Part shown: piece by piece, positions 1 to 11,800 of the stretch
Numbering within the stretch: the stretch's first letter is position 1
Layout: the number at the start of each line of letters is the position of its first letter
Origin: Hydrurus foetidus
Lineage: Eukaryota
Length of the DNA: 35,087 bases
Direction: 5' to 3'
Assembly (NCBI GenBank): GCA_900617105.1
Contig: UYFQ01000118.1
Location: 1-35,087 of the forward strand
The notes under the pieces: generated by a model
What the model was told of the DNA's origin: nothing
Database searches by the model: none
The model's input: the letters and a program-made list of their open reading frames with translations, nothing else
Made by a program: the position numbers and the translations under genes

Positions 1-2071
1 TGTGTCAAAATGTTAAAATTATTTAGCGCGAGGGTTGTCCGACCCACAATTAAATCGATTTCTTGGTCTGGGTTAACGTTAACCGTGAAGTACACCGTGT
101 GTATAATATCATCGTGTGATTGAAAGATGATGCCTATGTCTACAACATTGACACTCAGATAGCAGGTGCGATCCAGGCCACTGCATACAGTCATGGGAAC
201 AGGTGAGGTGTAGATGTATGACAGTGCATTCATTCTGACTAAGCAGTCACGCGAAATGAAATTCCCCGGAAAGCTTCCTGTGTCCAGCAGCGCATCCCCC
301 TCGACTTGTTTCGAATGTCCTATTACCGCGTCCTGCGTGTCTTTACGCTGTACAGCAAAGATATTACAAGACAAGTAATCAGTCGGGTTAGTCGAGATGG
401 GCGGTTGCACATCCGAGGGTACAAGGTCCGTACGTACGGGGATGGGTAAGACAACTGAAAGTGCAGGTAACGCAGTAAGCGGCTGTATGGCAGCAACAAT
501 GTCAGATGCAGGCGCGAGTGCATGGACAGAGTCTACAGCAGCTAGAGACTTACTTCCTTTGTTGGATCTTGGTTGGGAACTGCTCCTAGGCTGGGAGCTG
601 CCCCTGGCCCTGTTGTGGCGTGACCCCTGTCCGCCGCCCTTCTTGTTGTCGTACTTACGACTGTCTCGGCGGTCATCGTCTCTGTCACGACTGCGTTCGC
701 GGTTGGAAGAACGGCCACGGTCTGCGCGTCGCTCGCGTGCTTTGCGTTCGTTCAGATCGCGGTCGTCTCTCTCCCGCTCCTGCAGCGTGCGTCGGTCTCG
801 CGCGGGACGGTCGTCCTCAGACTCACTGTTGTAACGGACTCGCTTGGATGTATCCGCATCCTCTGAGGACTCCTCCGCGCGTTTCTTCCGACGAAGTTCC
901 CATCCTGGTAGATACAGGTGCTCTACGAAGGTGTCATGACCCTCAGCCATCCATGCCTTTCCCATCGCAGACTCTCCCCATAACACGTGGTACTGGTTGT
1001 TCGTGTCATGAAGGCCCTTGAAGGGGCAGTCCGCAACCCGGTGTGTTGCGAAACCGCAGCACTGGCATTCAGTCGGATCCGCGCTGTACGCTCGGCGCTC
1101 GCTCCTTTGTTGCACTAGGTCCGACGTCGAACGAGAGGAGGCTGACGCAGCGGAGTTGCTGGGACCAGACCATCCTACCGCTGATGCCGTGGACTTGACG
1201 CTAGTGGGTGGGAAGGTGTGGACGATAGAGGTATCGCCGTACTGAGCCACCTTGAATAACGCCTGGCGTGCGACTGCGAGTGTCTTGCAGAACCTGTAGA
1301 CGCATGTCAACCAGGTGTCTTCAGTCTGAGGGTTGTTGGGGTTCGACACGAACGCCACCATCCTCTCGACCTTGTCTGCCTTCTTCATGTCGAAGTAGTC
1401 GTGGCGGATCTGGGACTCTTCCGCCGCGACACGCTTCTCGAAGATCTTGATGAGGTCCCTCTGTTGTTCCTCAGTGATCTCCCCACCGTACGGGTGTACC
1501 CCTTGATGACCTCCTTGTAATCCGCCATCATCAGTATCTCATGATCTTCGTTATCAATGCAGTACTGGAACTTGACTTTGGAGAACACCTCGGCCAGGGT
1601 CTTCTTCTCATCGTGTCGCTTGCCAAAGTACTGGCTGACAAGACGAGCGATTTGAAGGTGCGACAGTCTTGTCCTCCACAGGGAAACCTCCGACTTGTTG
1701 AGGACCTTTAGGGACGGATCGCACCGGATTTTCATGTCCAGTGTGTCCATGGCCGCCTCTGTCATAGTCTGCTGGATGTCGATGGAGTCGCCCATGGTGA
1801 CGGCCTGCGCAAGGAACCTCTCAGCTTGATCCGAGCTGATGAGAGTGTTCTGTAACACAAAGAGTTTCTTGTTGAAAGAAAGAGCTTTGGTTATTGATGA
1901 CGCCAGGGAGTTCTGGGTCTCTTCTCCCCGTGTTGTTAATGAAAGGTTTAGCTCATTAACCGGGCTTGGAGGTCCCGTATTCCCTGTTTCCGCAAACCTC
2001 CTGATCTCCTCCTCTGATAATTCCGGTTCTGGAGGAGGGGAGGGCGTAGGAAGTGGCTGCTCTGGTGTCAT
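1..2071 (-). pseudogene. gag: Gypsy-A gag-protease, frameshifted
   Basis: ORF 1385-2071 (LVSQYFGKRHDEKKTLAEVFSKVKFQY) aligns to Gypsy-C (LVMQYFCKNKQGDHTLAELFAKVPFHY). Zinc knuckle CQCCGFATHRVADC at ~1026-1067, an R/D/E-rich tract at ~570-830, and GDALLDTGSFPGNFIS at ~252-299. Confidence 0.85.
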
Positions 2072-2135
2072 CCTTCTGAAGAGCTGCTAAGCAGGCTGCT
2101 TCTGACCGGAGCGCTTTTAATTGAATTCCTCTAAG

Positions 2136-2371
2136 TGTTATAATATTGTCATAATATATTACGTACACCCATACCCCGCTCGTACATCGGGTCAGGTCAG
2201 GTCACATATAATCATCGACACTTAGTGTCGTTTCGCGTAACACTGAATTACACAAAACTGTCGTCAATAGTTGACTCTTGCGACACACCTGCGCTAGCTA
2301 CATTGCACTGATACTCACAATTCAACAACGCTCTAAAGTTAATAAGCAAATCACTCGATTACCCTCCGACA
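2136..2371 (+). repeat. Copia-1 5' LTR
   Basis: TGTTATAAT...CCTCCGACA, no differences seen against 12587-12822. Confidence 0.97.
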
Positions 2372-2386
2372 TTTGCTTATTAAACA

Positions 2387-3537
2387 ATGTTGGCCACTGC
2401 ATCCGCCTCCAGCGAGCCACAAGTTGTTTTAGATGTCGCGTCCTCTAACTGGACGCTATACAAGAAGCAAGTTCTACGCCTACTCCAAACAAAGTATGGC
2501 CTCATGGGTACCGCCATTATCCTCCCGTAATAGAGGCTTTACCCACCAGAAATGACCTGAATCCCGACGGCACCGCAACATTCCATCGACTACCTCCTAC
2601 TGAAGAGCAGCTGCTCACTACTCCCATCGCACTCAACACATTGGATTTAACTTCCTTCGGTTACGACATGCTACGGGACGCCATTAAACGACACCGAGAT
2701 CAAAAGAAAATTGACGAAAAGGACGACAACGATCTCCTCTCTTACCTCTTTTCCACAATGTCATCGGAATCCCATCTCGCCCTAGAGACCCATCCAACAT
2801 ATCCTACATTTAGAGCTGCTCTCTCAGGACAGAAATCATTTGCTTGCTGGAAAATTCTCACAGCTATTCATTCCACAGGGAATGCCTCGACCAAACTCCT
2901 CCGAACCAGACTTCTACTCAACTCTCAACAATCCGACTCAACACTCAGCCAATACCTACAGACCCTGCCATCCAATATCGATCAATTCAAAGTTGACTTC
3001 GGTAGCCCTACAAATCCAGAGCTTGTCTCAGTCGCCGAGATTCACTGCTTCCTAATGCTTACCGGCATTCCAAGCAACGGCCTCTTCAACCTACCAATTA
3101 ACAACCTTCTTGCTACAACCCCTTCAGCAAGATTTACTGACCCAGCAGCTCTTGCAACAACCCTACTAAATTGGGAAAAGTCCAGCGCACTTCTCCATCC
3201 CTCCAACAACCCCTCAACACAAGCGTCAGCTTACCTCGCTACCTCGCCACCATCCCAACTTCCAACCAAGTCCAACAATAACAACGCACCACCTATAGCC
3301 TTCTGCATACATTGCCACAAGAAGTACCCCAAGAAACCCAAAACAAGTTCTCACGCGTCAGCCTCGTGTGGTCTCAATCCCACAAATAAACCTACAATCC
3401 CTACTACTAACTTCTCTGCAATGAGGTCCCTTCTCGCCCAAGCTGAAGCAGCCACCCCAGGATCGCCAACATCTATCGGCCTTCTAATGCAAATTACAGA
3501 ATCTGCCTTCGACGAATCCCTCAAGACATCCACATAG
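2387..3537 (+). pseudogene. gag: Copia-1 gag, one frameshift near 2520
   Basis: ATG at 2387 opens MLATAS...SNWTLYKKQVLRLL (Copia gag N-terminal pattern), stopping at ~2530. The frame of ORF 2641-3537 is open from ~2521 and contains CIHC...H...C (atypically spaced knuckle). Confidence 0.8.
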
Positions 3538-3612
3538 GTCATCGGGGACTTGGCCCCTCCTTCAGCCCCTCCCCACCCCAATCAATTCTCTGCATTCTTA
3601 GCCCATACCCAT

Positions 3613-3743
3613 TGTGGTCGGACCGGCTATACCGGACCTAGTCCCGATCCATCCGATCCTACCGCCTACTGTACACATACATCTCTAGCGCAGCTGCTAG
3701 CTAGCTCTAGCCTACTCGTAGAAGTTATCCTAGCTTCTAGCTT
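3613..3743 (+). repeat. Gypsy-B 5' LTR, 3'-truncated
   Basis: Matches the 3' LTR up to ...TTCTAGCTT, lacks the 54-bp repeat block and the last ~57 bp. Confidence 0.9.
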
Positions 3744-4815
3744 CGAGCTGGGCTAACCTCTTCACAGAGATACAGCCATTTTTCCTCGGAGAAATATCTC
3801 GAGCGAATAAACGATTTCTGCTCATCTTTTGACAAGAGATACATAGAGAATTCGCATGCGGACATCATTGTCCCTTCGGATAATGATCTCTAGTATCCTA
3901 TAGAATCGTTTACACCGAGTTCTGGTTGAATTCGAGATCATCCTGCTGAGTTATGGACTTAGCGCGACATCGTCGTTCTCGACTGATTTTTATCAGGTTT
4001 TGACCCAGAAAAGGTCAGGACCTATAGAAAGATGCCTAACAGTCATATAAACATGATCTGAAGCTTCTAATCTCTCGAATCGCTCTCAGTAGAGAGATAT
4101 CGACGATTAAAGAAAATATCCTCCAAGGATTACTCACCATCCTGAGTTCGGGGTTCGAGCCCCAGTAGGGGTGGGTCATCTTTTCGTACATTTGAAAATG
4201 TCGTATTTTTTTTTAGTTTTCAATATGTGGATACACATTTACAATATGTGGGTACACATTTTCTAACAATTTAACAACAGATTTCAAGTCTTTACAAGAT
4301 TTTGAGACTGTAAACATTTCAAAAAAAAAAAAAAAAATGAAAAGTAAGGATTGTTCCTCCAGCTTTAAGCCAAACATTTTCATTGTAATATTTCTTACAT
4401 TGGAAATGTTCTGCTGCTTTGCAACATGAATCAAAAGGTCGTTAGTATGAACCGCTCTTTTCGTTCACGCTATCACGTTCTCACACAGCTCTATGCTGAG
4501 TAAAATTATTGCAATGCAATATTATGCATTGATTGAAAAAGTGATCGTAAGTGCAATCAACCTTTTGCCTGCACACAACACCGGTTAGCCATCAGAGCGC
4601 CGCTGATCAATCTGTGTGGGGTACAGCGAATTCATAAAGGGTTTTATTTCATTTTACATGATAAAAATTCTTAACGTTATACACCTGTGTTATCCTGCCC
4701 GTAGGGCCATAACGGTGTGTAGCGGTCGCGACGATCAATGTAAAACTTACGATTTTACAATCCTTTTTCATCCTTACAATGGTGAATGCAATTGCATCAG
4801 CCTGCCCATAATGGT

Positions 4816-5088
4816 ATATCAACATGTTATTCAGCCGAGACAACACTCAGCCGGGACAAAACCAAGGTAGATCCTTGCCCAGGACTGCGTGGCTGTCACT
4901 TTCGATAATGATGTCTTTAATCTGACTGATGATCATCTCGAAGTGCAGCCACATGTAGCTATTCGAAAAACGAATATCAACATGTTATTCAGCCGAGACA
5001 ACACTCAGCCGGGACAAAACCAAGGTAGATCCTTGCCCAGGACTGCGTGGCTGTCACTTTCGATAATGATGTCTTTAATCTGACTGAT
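4816..5088. repeat. 115-bp exact direct duplication (4816-4930 and 4974-5088) with 43-bp spacer
   Basis: ATATCAACATGTTATTCAGCC...TAATCTGACTGAT occurs twice. Confidence 0.95.
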
Positions 5089-5089
5089 A

Positions 5090-8000
5090 TTCATTTCGTT
5101 TGCATTCGGCATTTCTCCTGAGCTAAGCGCTGAGAATAAGAGAAAGAGCGATGCTCGCAGACGCGAATTCGAAAAAAAAGAAGCGTTGGATAAACTCGAT
5201 CCATTGTTTCAACACAAATATACGCGTCGTATGATAGCGTTGGGTACCGAACCTGATACAGCCGTAGTCGAGTCTTTAACACCTCACTACGACAAGCTGA
5301 AATATCCAGGCGGTAAACCATCCTCTAAAAAGAGAGAAACACATGGATTTTACGAGTATCCAAACAAGAAGAGCATTTTGCTTGGTCAATCTTCTTCGAA
5401 GAGCAACGTCTCTTGTGTCCATACAATGTCGACATGTAACGATACTCAGATGGAGATCGAGGGAGTCATGACCCAAGATCCCTGTGGTGTTGTAGGTTGT
5501 GAGCGACTGAATAGTGTCACTACTATTCTCGCAAAACGTACGGGTGATACACCGCACCTAGGTGGCGACCAGATTCCCACCCCTACAAACACTTCTGAGG
5601 ACTCTGATACCTTAGACTATGTCACTGAGCCTTTATGGCCCAGTGGTGTCGCACTCTCAGTTGACGAGATTGACGATGGCAAGATAGATACGTTTGCCCC
5701 CTTCTTGGCGGAGAAACCTAGTCAAGATGACTTGCCCAAAGGGCCAGAGGATTTCCTCAAAGAGATTACCTTTGAAGGAGATGAAAGCTTTCAAAGGAAG
5801 CTCCGAGAGCTCTGTTCTGAATATTCAGACATCTTCAGTGATCAATTAGCTGAGAAACCAGCGTCACTTAAACCCTTTGAGATTAACATCCCACTTGAGT
5901 TGTGGGAAAAAGACGAAAACCGTACGCCGGTACGTCCCCAGTCATCAACAAAAGAGGTTGCTCTCAAAGAAAACCTTGACGAGATGCTTGCATCAGGGGT
6001 TATAGAGCGATCAGATGCCGCTTATTACAGTCATCCTGTAATAGTAACTAAGTCACCCGGTAAATTTCGAACCTGCATCGATTACCGGCCACTTAATAGG
6101 TGTCTTAAGCCGGCCTCATTCCCGTTGCCTAATATCAAACACCTCTTTGAGAGGATCGGTAATAAAAAACCGGATATTTTTGGTGTGATGGATTTAACCG
6201 CAGGTTACCATCAAGCACCGTTACACCCCGCACACCGCATTTTTACGGCATTCATATGCTTTGCGGGGGTATTTCAGTTTACGAAACTGCCCTTTGGGCC
6301 GTGGCTTGCCCCCTCTTACTTTCGAGAGCAGATGGTAACGGCGGTCCTCTATGGCCTTGTACATCATTGTTGTGAGATGTATCTCGGCAATTGTATTGTA
6401 TCTGGCAAGGGTGAAGCAGATGTAAAATATGACAGATCCAATGTAAAATATGACCAATGTAAAATATGACAGATCGTTCTGCTCTAAAGAGCTCCACTGT
6501 CTTATGGACTCGAAAGAGTACCAACCACTTTTAGACACGCAATCGCTTTCATAAGCAAATCGTTAAGACCCACACAAATAAGGTGGTCAACGACACAAAA
6601 AGAGGCTTACGCTATCTTCTATTGTTGTATACAACTCGATTATCTAATCAGAGATCGTACGTTCACTATCCATACGGATCAGTTGAACATTACATATATG
6701 AAACAAAATCTTACCTCAATGGTGGCGAGATGGTTCATTGCCATGCAAGAACTAGATTTTACCGTGGTATTCGTACCCGGTACTTCGAATGTTTTGGCAG
6801 ACGCACTGTCAAGGCTTTGTCCTAATCTGACAGAAATTGCTCTGCCGTTACGAACAGAAGAATTGGAATTACTTCCTACTTCATCATCGTCTTTCACTGT
6901 ATCAGCTCTGACGGTCATAGAACCAGCTTCAGACGATCAGTTAGAATACATTCAAATGTGCCACAATGCAATTGTCGGTCACAACGGCGTAGACCGTACC
7001 CTTACTCGGTTGTTTAGTTTACAACAAGTATGGAAACACATGAAACAACATGTACGTACGTTCATACAGAACTGTCCGTGTTGTCAAAAGTTGAGTGCAA
7101 AAGATCCTAAGATCAATGCGTCTCATTTGCAACTTCAAATTATGCTATCTTCGATACGCTAAATGTTGACTATATTGGTCCATTTCCTGACAAAGGTTAT
7201 ATCCTAGTCATCATCGATACATTCACACGATGGACAGAATTGTTCTGGTGTGCAGACGCAGATGCTAAATCAGCAGCTGACTGTTTGCTTGCGCATTTTG
7301 GTCGATTTGGATCACCAAATATGATTAGATCTGATCGAGGATCACATTTCGCAAATGAATTGATCAAAGAATTCTTAGATCTTTGTGGAACACCACATAA
7401 TCTCACCCTTGCTTACTCGAAACAAGAGAATGCAATTGTTGAAAGAGTCAACAAAGAGGTGAATAGACACTTAAGAGGTTTAGTTTTTGATAAACAAACC
7501 CTTGAGGGATATGCTAAGTCAATCCCATTCGTGCAACGTATCATTAACGGTTCAGTTAATAGACGCACAGGTGTCTGCCCCGCTCATTTATTGTTCGGAA
7601 CAAACTTGATTTGAATCGTGGTATTCTCACTCCACACTTAAGTGTTGGAACACATTCAAGATCAACGTACATATCAGATTTGATAAGTGTACAAGACAAA
7701 GTACTTGAAACTGCGGTTCAAACTTTGTTAACGACGGATGCTAAAAACGCCGCGTCAGCTGAATCAGCGACTGTGTTCCCCGTGGGGTCATATGTCTTAT
7801 GCCGATACACTGATCGACCTCCAACTCGATTACATACTAAGTGGCATGGCCCTTACTGTATTGTCTCCTTTAAGGGGTCCGAGTATGTTATCGCTAATCT
7901 TGTAAACCACAAGACACGAAGTGTTCACGTCAAAAATTTGAAAATATTCAATTATGACCCAGAGGTAGATATACCTGCTGACACTGCTCGTCGCGATTAC

Positions 8001-8213
8001 ATGGAGTTCGTGGTTGAGAAAGTTCTGGGTCACGCTGGTGACACCAAGAAACCGACTACAATGTCGTTCCATGTTAAATGGCTCAACTACGATGATTCTC
8101 ATAATACATGGGAGCCGTGGAAATCACTACGGCTCTGTGAAGCACTCCATGATTATTTACGGGATAACAAAATGAAACATTTCATTCCCAAAAACATTGA
8201 GACATCAGCCTAA
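5090..8213 (+). pseudogene. pol: Gypsy-B pol remnant (spacer, partial RT, partial RNase H, integrase, chromodomain)
   Basis: RTCIDYRPLN, MDLTAGYHQ, YLGN in place of YLDD, IAFISKSL, NVLADALSR, H-H-C-C zinc finger, RSDRGSHF, NAIVERVN, WHGPY, chromodomain FVVEKVL...HVKWLNYDDSHNTWEPW. Several frameshifts. Confidence 0.92.
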
Positions 8214-8540
8214 GTTGCTGATCTCGAACGTATTATCTTTTGAAGATTTTTCCTAATTTTTCCCTCTATGAGGTTTTTATGGTTTTAGTCAGTAAAAATC
8301 TGACATAATTACGTATCGAGGTCTCGTGCGCAAGTACATGGTACTAGGCACCCACCTTCTCACCTTGACCGACCCACCACCCAGTCTATTTGTATAGATT
8401 TTTATTTTTTATTATACATTTAAATGTATTATGAGATTTACATATTTGTAATCTTTTTCTTTATTATTCCTTTAGTTAGTTTTAGTTGTATTAGATTTTT
8501 GTACAAAATGTGGTGGTCGCGTCATAGGTTCTTTTTCTTC

Positions 8541-8563
8541 AGAAAAAAGATAAGTGGGGGTGA
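8541..8563 (+). other. Gypsy-B polypurine tract
   Basis: AGAAAAAAGATAAGTGGGGGTGA immediately before the 3' LTR; Gypsy-C has GAAAGAAGGATAAGTGGGGGTAG at the same place. Confidence 0.88.
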
Positions 8564-8805
8564 TGTGGTCGGACCGGCTATACCGGGCCTACGGGCCGTA
8601 CCGGGCCTACGGGCCGCACCGGGCCTACGGGCCGTACCGGACCTAGTCCCGATCCATCCGATCCTACCGCCTACTGTACACATACATCTCTAGCGCAGCT
8701 GCTAGCTAGCTCTAGCCTACTCGTAGAAGTTATCCTAGCTTCTAGCTTAGACTGTAACTAACTAACACCTCCACTCTATCGACCTACTTTCCTATCCGGA
8801 CTACA
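8564..8805 (+). repeat. Gypsy-B 3' LTR, with three copies of an 18-bp repeat at 8582-8635
   Basis: TGTGG...CTACA, preceded by PPT and followed by TSD. Repeat unit ACCGGGCCTACGGGCCG(T/C). Confidence 0.93.
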
Positions 8806-8809
8806 CCAT

Positions 8810-11800
8810 CCAACATTCTCGGGATTCTGGGATACCGCATGCAGCTTAAATGTCACTCCCCACGCTACACACCTCTACAATATTCAACCCCTTCCCGCTC
8901 CATTCTCATTGGGCGGTGTCAGCGGATCCTGTCAAGTCACACACTCTGGCAATCTCCGCTACCTCCCGACCACCCGCAACATGAACCTAGCATACCTAGC
9001 ACCCACAATCCCAACCACACTACTCAGTCTTTGCTACATGCAAAGATGCGGCGCTCACTACTGTCCAGATTCCGCTCAACCGTACACCCACAGCTGCATA
9101 TCGTCATCAATCACTGGATTCCTACTCAATTGCACAGCCATCGACTCCAACAATCTCCTTCCAATAGACTTTCTTGCACTCTACAGCGCAGCACGTTTCA
9201 ATCCATCGCATTACATCAAGTCCCTCAGCCCTTCATCCTACTTACTCACCACCATTCCACCTAGCATTCCCCACATTACTGGAGAACAACGCGTACGCGC
9301 CAACCAAGCAGAGGCCCTTCATCACGCCCTCGGCCATCCCTCCGACGCCAACCTCTCTCTCTGCATATCCACCGGTAAAATTCCTACATCCCTCGTTCCC
9401 AACGACATAACACTCAACAGATCCCTACGTGGACACTGTGTACACTGTGCGGCTGGCAAGTACAAAGCCCCCTCCCGCCCACCTTCAACATCAGCACCCG
9501 CCACTAAGGTCGGCCAGACTCTCTCATTCGACCCCCAACAGCTCCCTCAACCATCCCCTGGCGGCTTTACAACTGAAGTCATCATTGTTGACGAACATTC
9601 AGGATACCTCTCAGTAGTCGGTGCCTTCTCTAAAGCCACTAGTCACATCTTCAAAGCAATCCACTCCATCATAACAACTATCTATAACGCCAACGGTCAT
9701 CAGGTGACCACAATGCACAGCGATCCTGAACAAGTCAATAACGTCCTTTCCGTACCCCTCGGATCTATCGGAATAAAACTAGCTACATCACTTCCTGGAG
9801 ACCACGCTCATCGCGTCGAAAGATACATAGAAACTCTTCGCAGTATTTCCAGCGCCATGTTGTCACCACTTCCGTACTACCTCCCTCCCCGCTACCATCT
9901 CTACCTCCACCAAGCTGCAGCTGCCAACCGCAATGCCTTAATTTCAACCACCAGCGCCCCACATACGCCTAACGAAATAGTCCGCAATGCCAAGCTGCGC
10001 ACCATCCCACTCCCTTTCGGCAGCGTTGCTCTCGTTGTACAACATTTAGACAAGCGACTCTCCAACTCCCATCGTCACAACAACACCGTATCAACTGAAC
10101 CCAAAACAGAATTAGGCGTATGCCTGGGACCTCACCCAACTACCGGTCACACATTGTTCGTCCTAGCCAACGGTCGCATTGTTCCACGACGTGCATACCT
10201 CATCCTGCCCCCAACATTTGTTCCATTTGACTGGCCTGCCAAGGCCAACATCTTACATGTCCCCCTACCGCCACAAACACCTTCAGTACAACTAACCTCG
10301 CAACCAATTCCATCAGTCCCCATCCAACCTGAACCTTTTCAACCTCACTCCCTCAATCACCCCCCTCAGCTCCCCAACCAACCACTTCCTCTCGCCATCG
10401 CATCCACACTTGCCTCCCTCCCATCCCCCTATCCCGTCAACTTCCTGGATTCCATCCACACCGCAACTCCACTCCTCATTGCCTCGCCTCCATCAACCCC
10501 AGAGCCTACTCCTATACCCTTTACTCATCCAACTCCCCCGGCCCCCAACTCTACTGTCCACCCTCCGCCAAACCCCAGTCCATCCCCTCCTCCCTCACCA
10601 CCTCCAAACCAAAACTCCCAACCCAATCACCAATCTATCCCGCCGCCCACCACCACCTCCACGCAACCTTCCCTAAGGTCGTCTGCTCGCATCGCCGCCA
10701 ACCCACTCCCACCAGGCCACTGGCATGGTTCCAGCTTCCTTACCTCCGTAAACTCTCAAATCACAAAACTTGCCAATGCTCGTTCCGCTGCACTACGCAA
10801 TCGTCTATTCAACGCACAGCATCCCACAACACTAACCAACCAACCCACCCACCTTGTTCCGCAGCCAATTCTCGCACAACGAACAGAAATGTCCATCGCT
10901 CGAGCGTCACTTACACTCCCAGCCACCGACATTGCCGCCGCCATCAATAAAGAAACTCACAAACAGCTGACTAAATATGCCAGTCTCAAAATCCTTCCAC
11001 CCCGACACCACCTAGAAGCCCGCCGAGCATTTCTACGCAGCTCAATGTTCATCAAAAAAAAGTCTAGCGGACTTGTCACTGCACGCCTAGCCATCGATGG
11101 ATCCCGCCAACCCCCTGACTCCTACACCGATACTTTTGCAGGCACATCCGATGTTACTAACCGCTCCTTCATAATTGCGGTAACTCTCGCGGATGCCGCT
11201 CACCGACACCACCTACCCAACCTCATAATTGGCTCATATGACATCACAGCTGCTTTTCTGCAGAGTTCCCTCCCCCGTTCTCATACTGGCGGCTACCAAC
11301 TATTAACAATTCTCCCTAAAGATTTACCAGACCCCGCGCTAGCTGGCAAAACCGCTGAAATTGTCGGCGCTTGCTACGGCCTCAAACAAGCCAACCACGT
11401 ATTCGACTCGGAAATTACAGCCCTACACATCAACGCTGGATACCTACCAACACCCTCTGACCACCATACATTCCGCAAAGTCTGCCCATTAGATCCCGCC
11501 AACTCACTCACCATCAACCTCCACGTAGACGACGGCTTCTATCTTTCAACTTCACCCACGCTCCTGGCAGAATACAAAACCCTACTAACTGATCGCTACG
11601 GCCCCATCCAATTCAACGACAATTGTACCTCCATATGCGGTATTAACGTGATCCGCCACACGGATCATTCTATCACCCTCGACTGCGGCTCCCACCTTTC
11701 CTCTTTCTTAACCAAAAACGGAATGGACCCTCTCCCTCCAGCCCTCTCACCCTCCCTCCCTACGTTCTTCCACACACCCCACCACCCCGCCCCTGTCGAC

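Larger units (their letters stand above)
3613..8805 (+). mobile_element. Chromodomain-bearing Ty3/Gypsy element Gypsy-B, internally deleted (gag and protease missing, RT truncated)
   Basis: LTR copies at 3613-3743 and 8564-8805, 4-bp TSD CCAT (3609-3612, 8806-8809). Removing it restores the Copia-1 frame AFLAHTH-PTFSGFWDTACS. RT-RH-IN-chromodomain order. Confidence 0.93.

Noticed and set aside
397..834. 145-aa RS-rich plus-strand ORF resembling an SR protein
   Set aside because: It is the antisense shadow of the R/D/E-rich Gypsy-A gag tract.
8280..8320. CTGA in the 3' UTR structure as a hammerhead ribozyme core
   Set aside because: It lacks CUGANGA and the matching GAAA.
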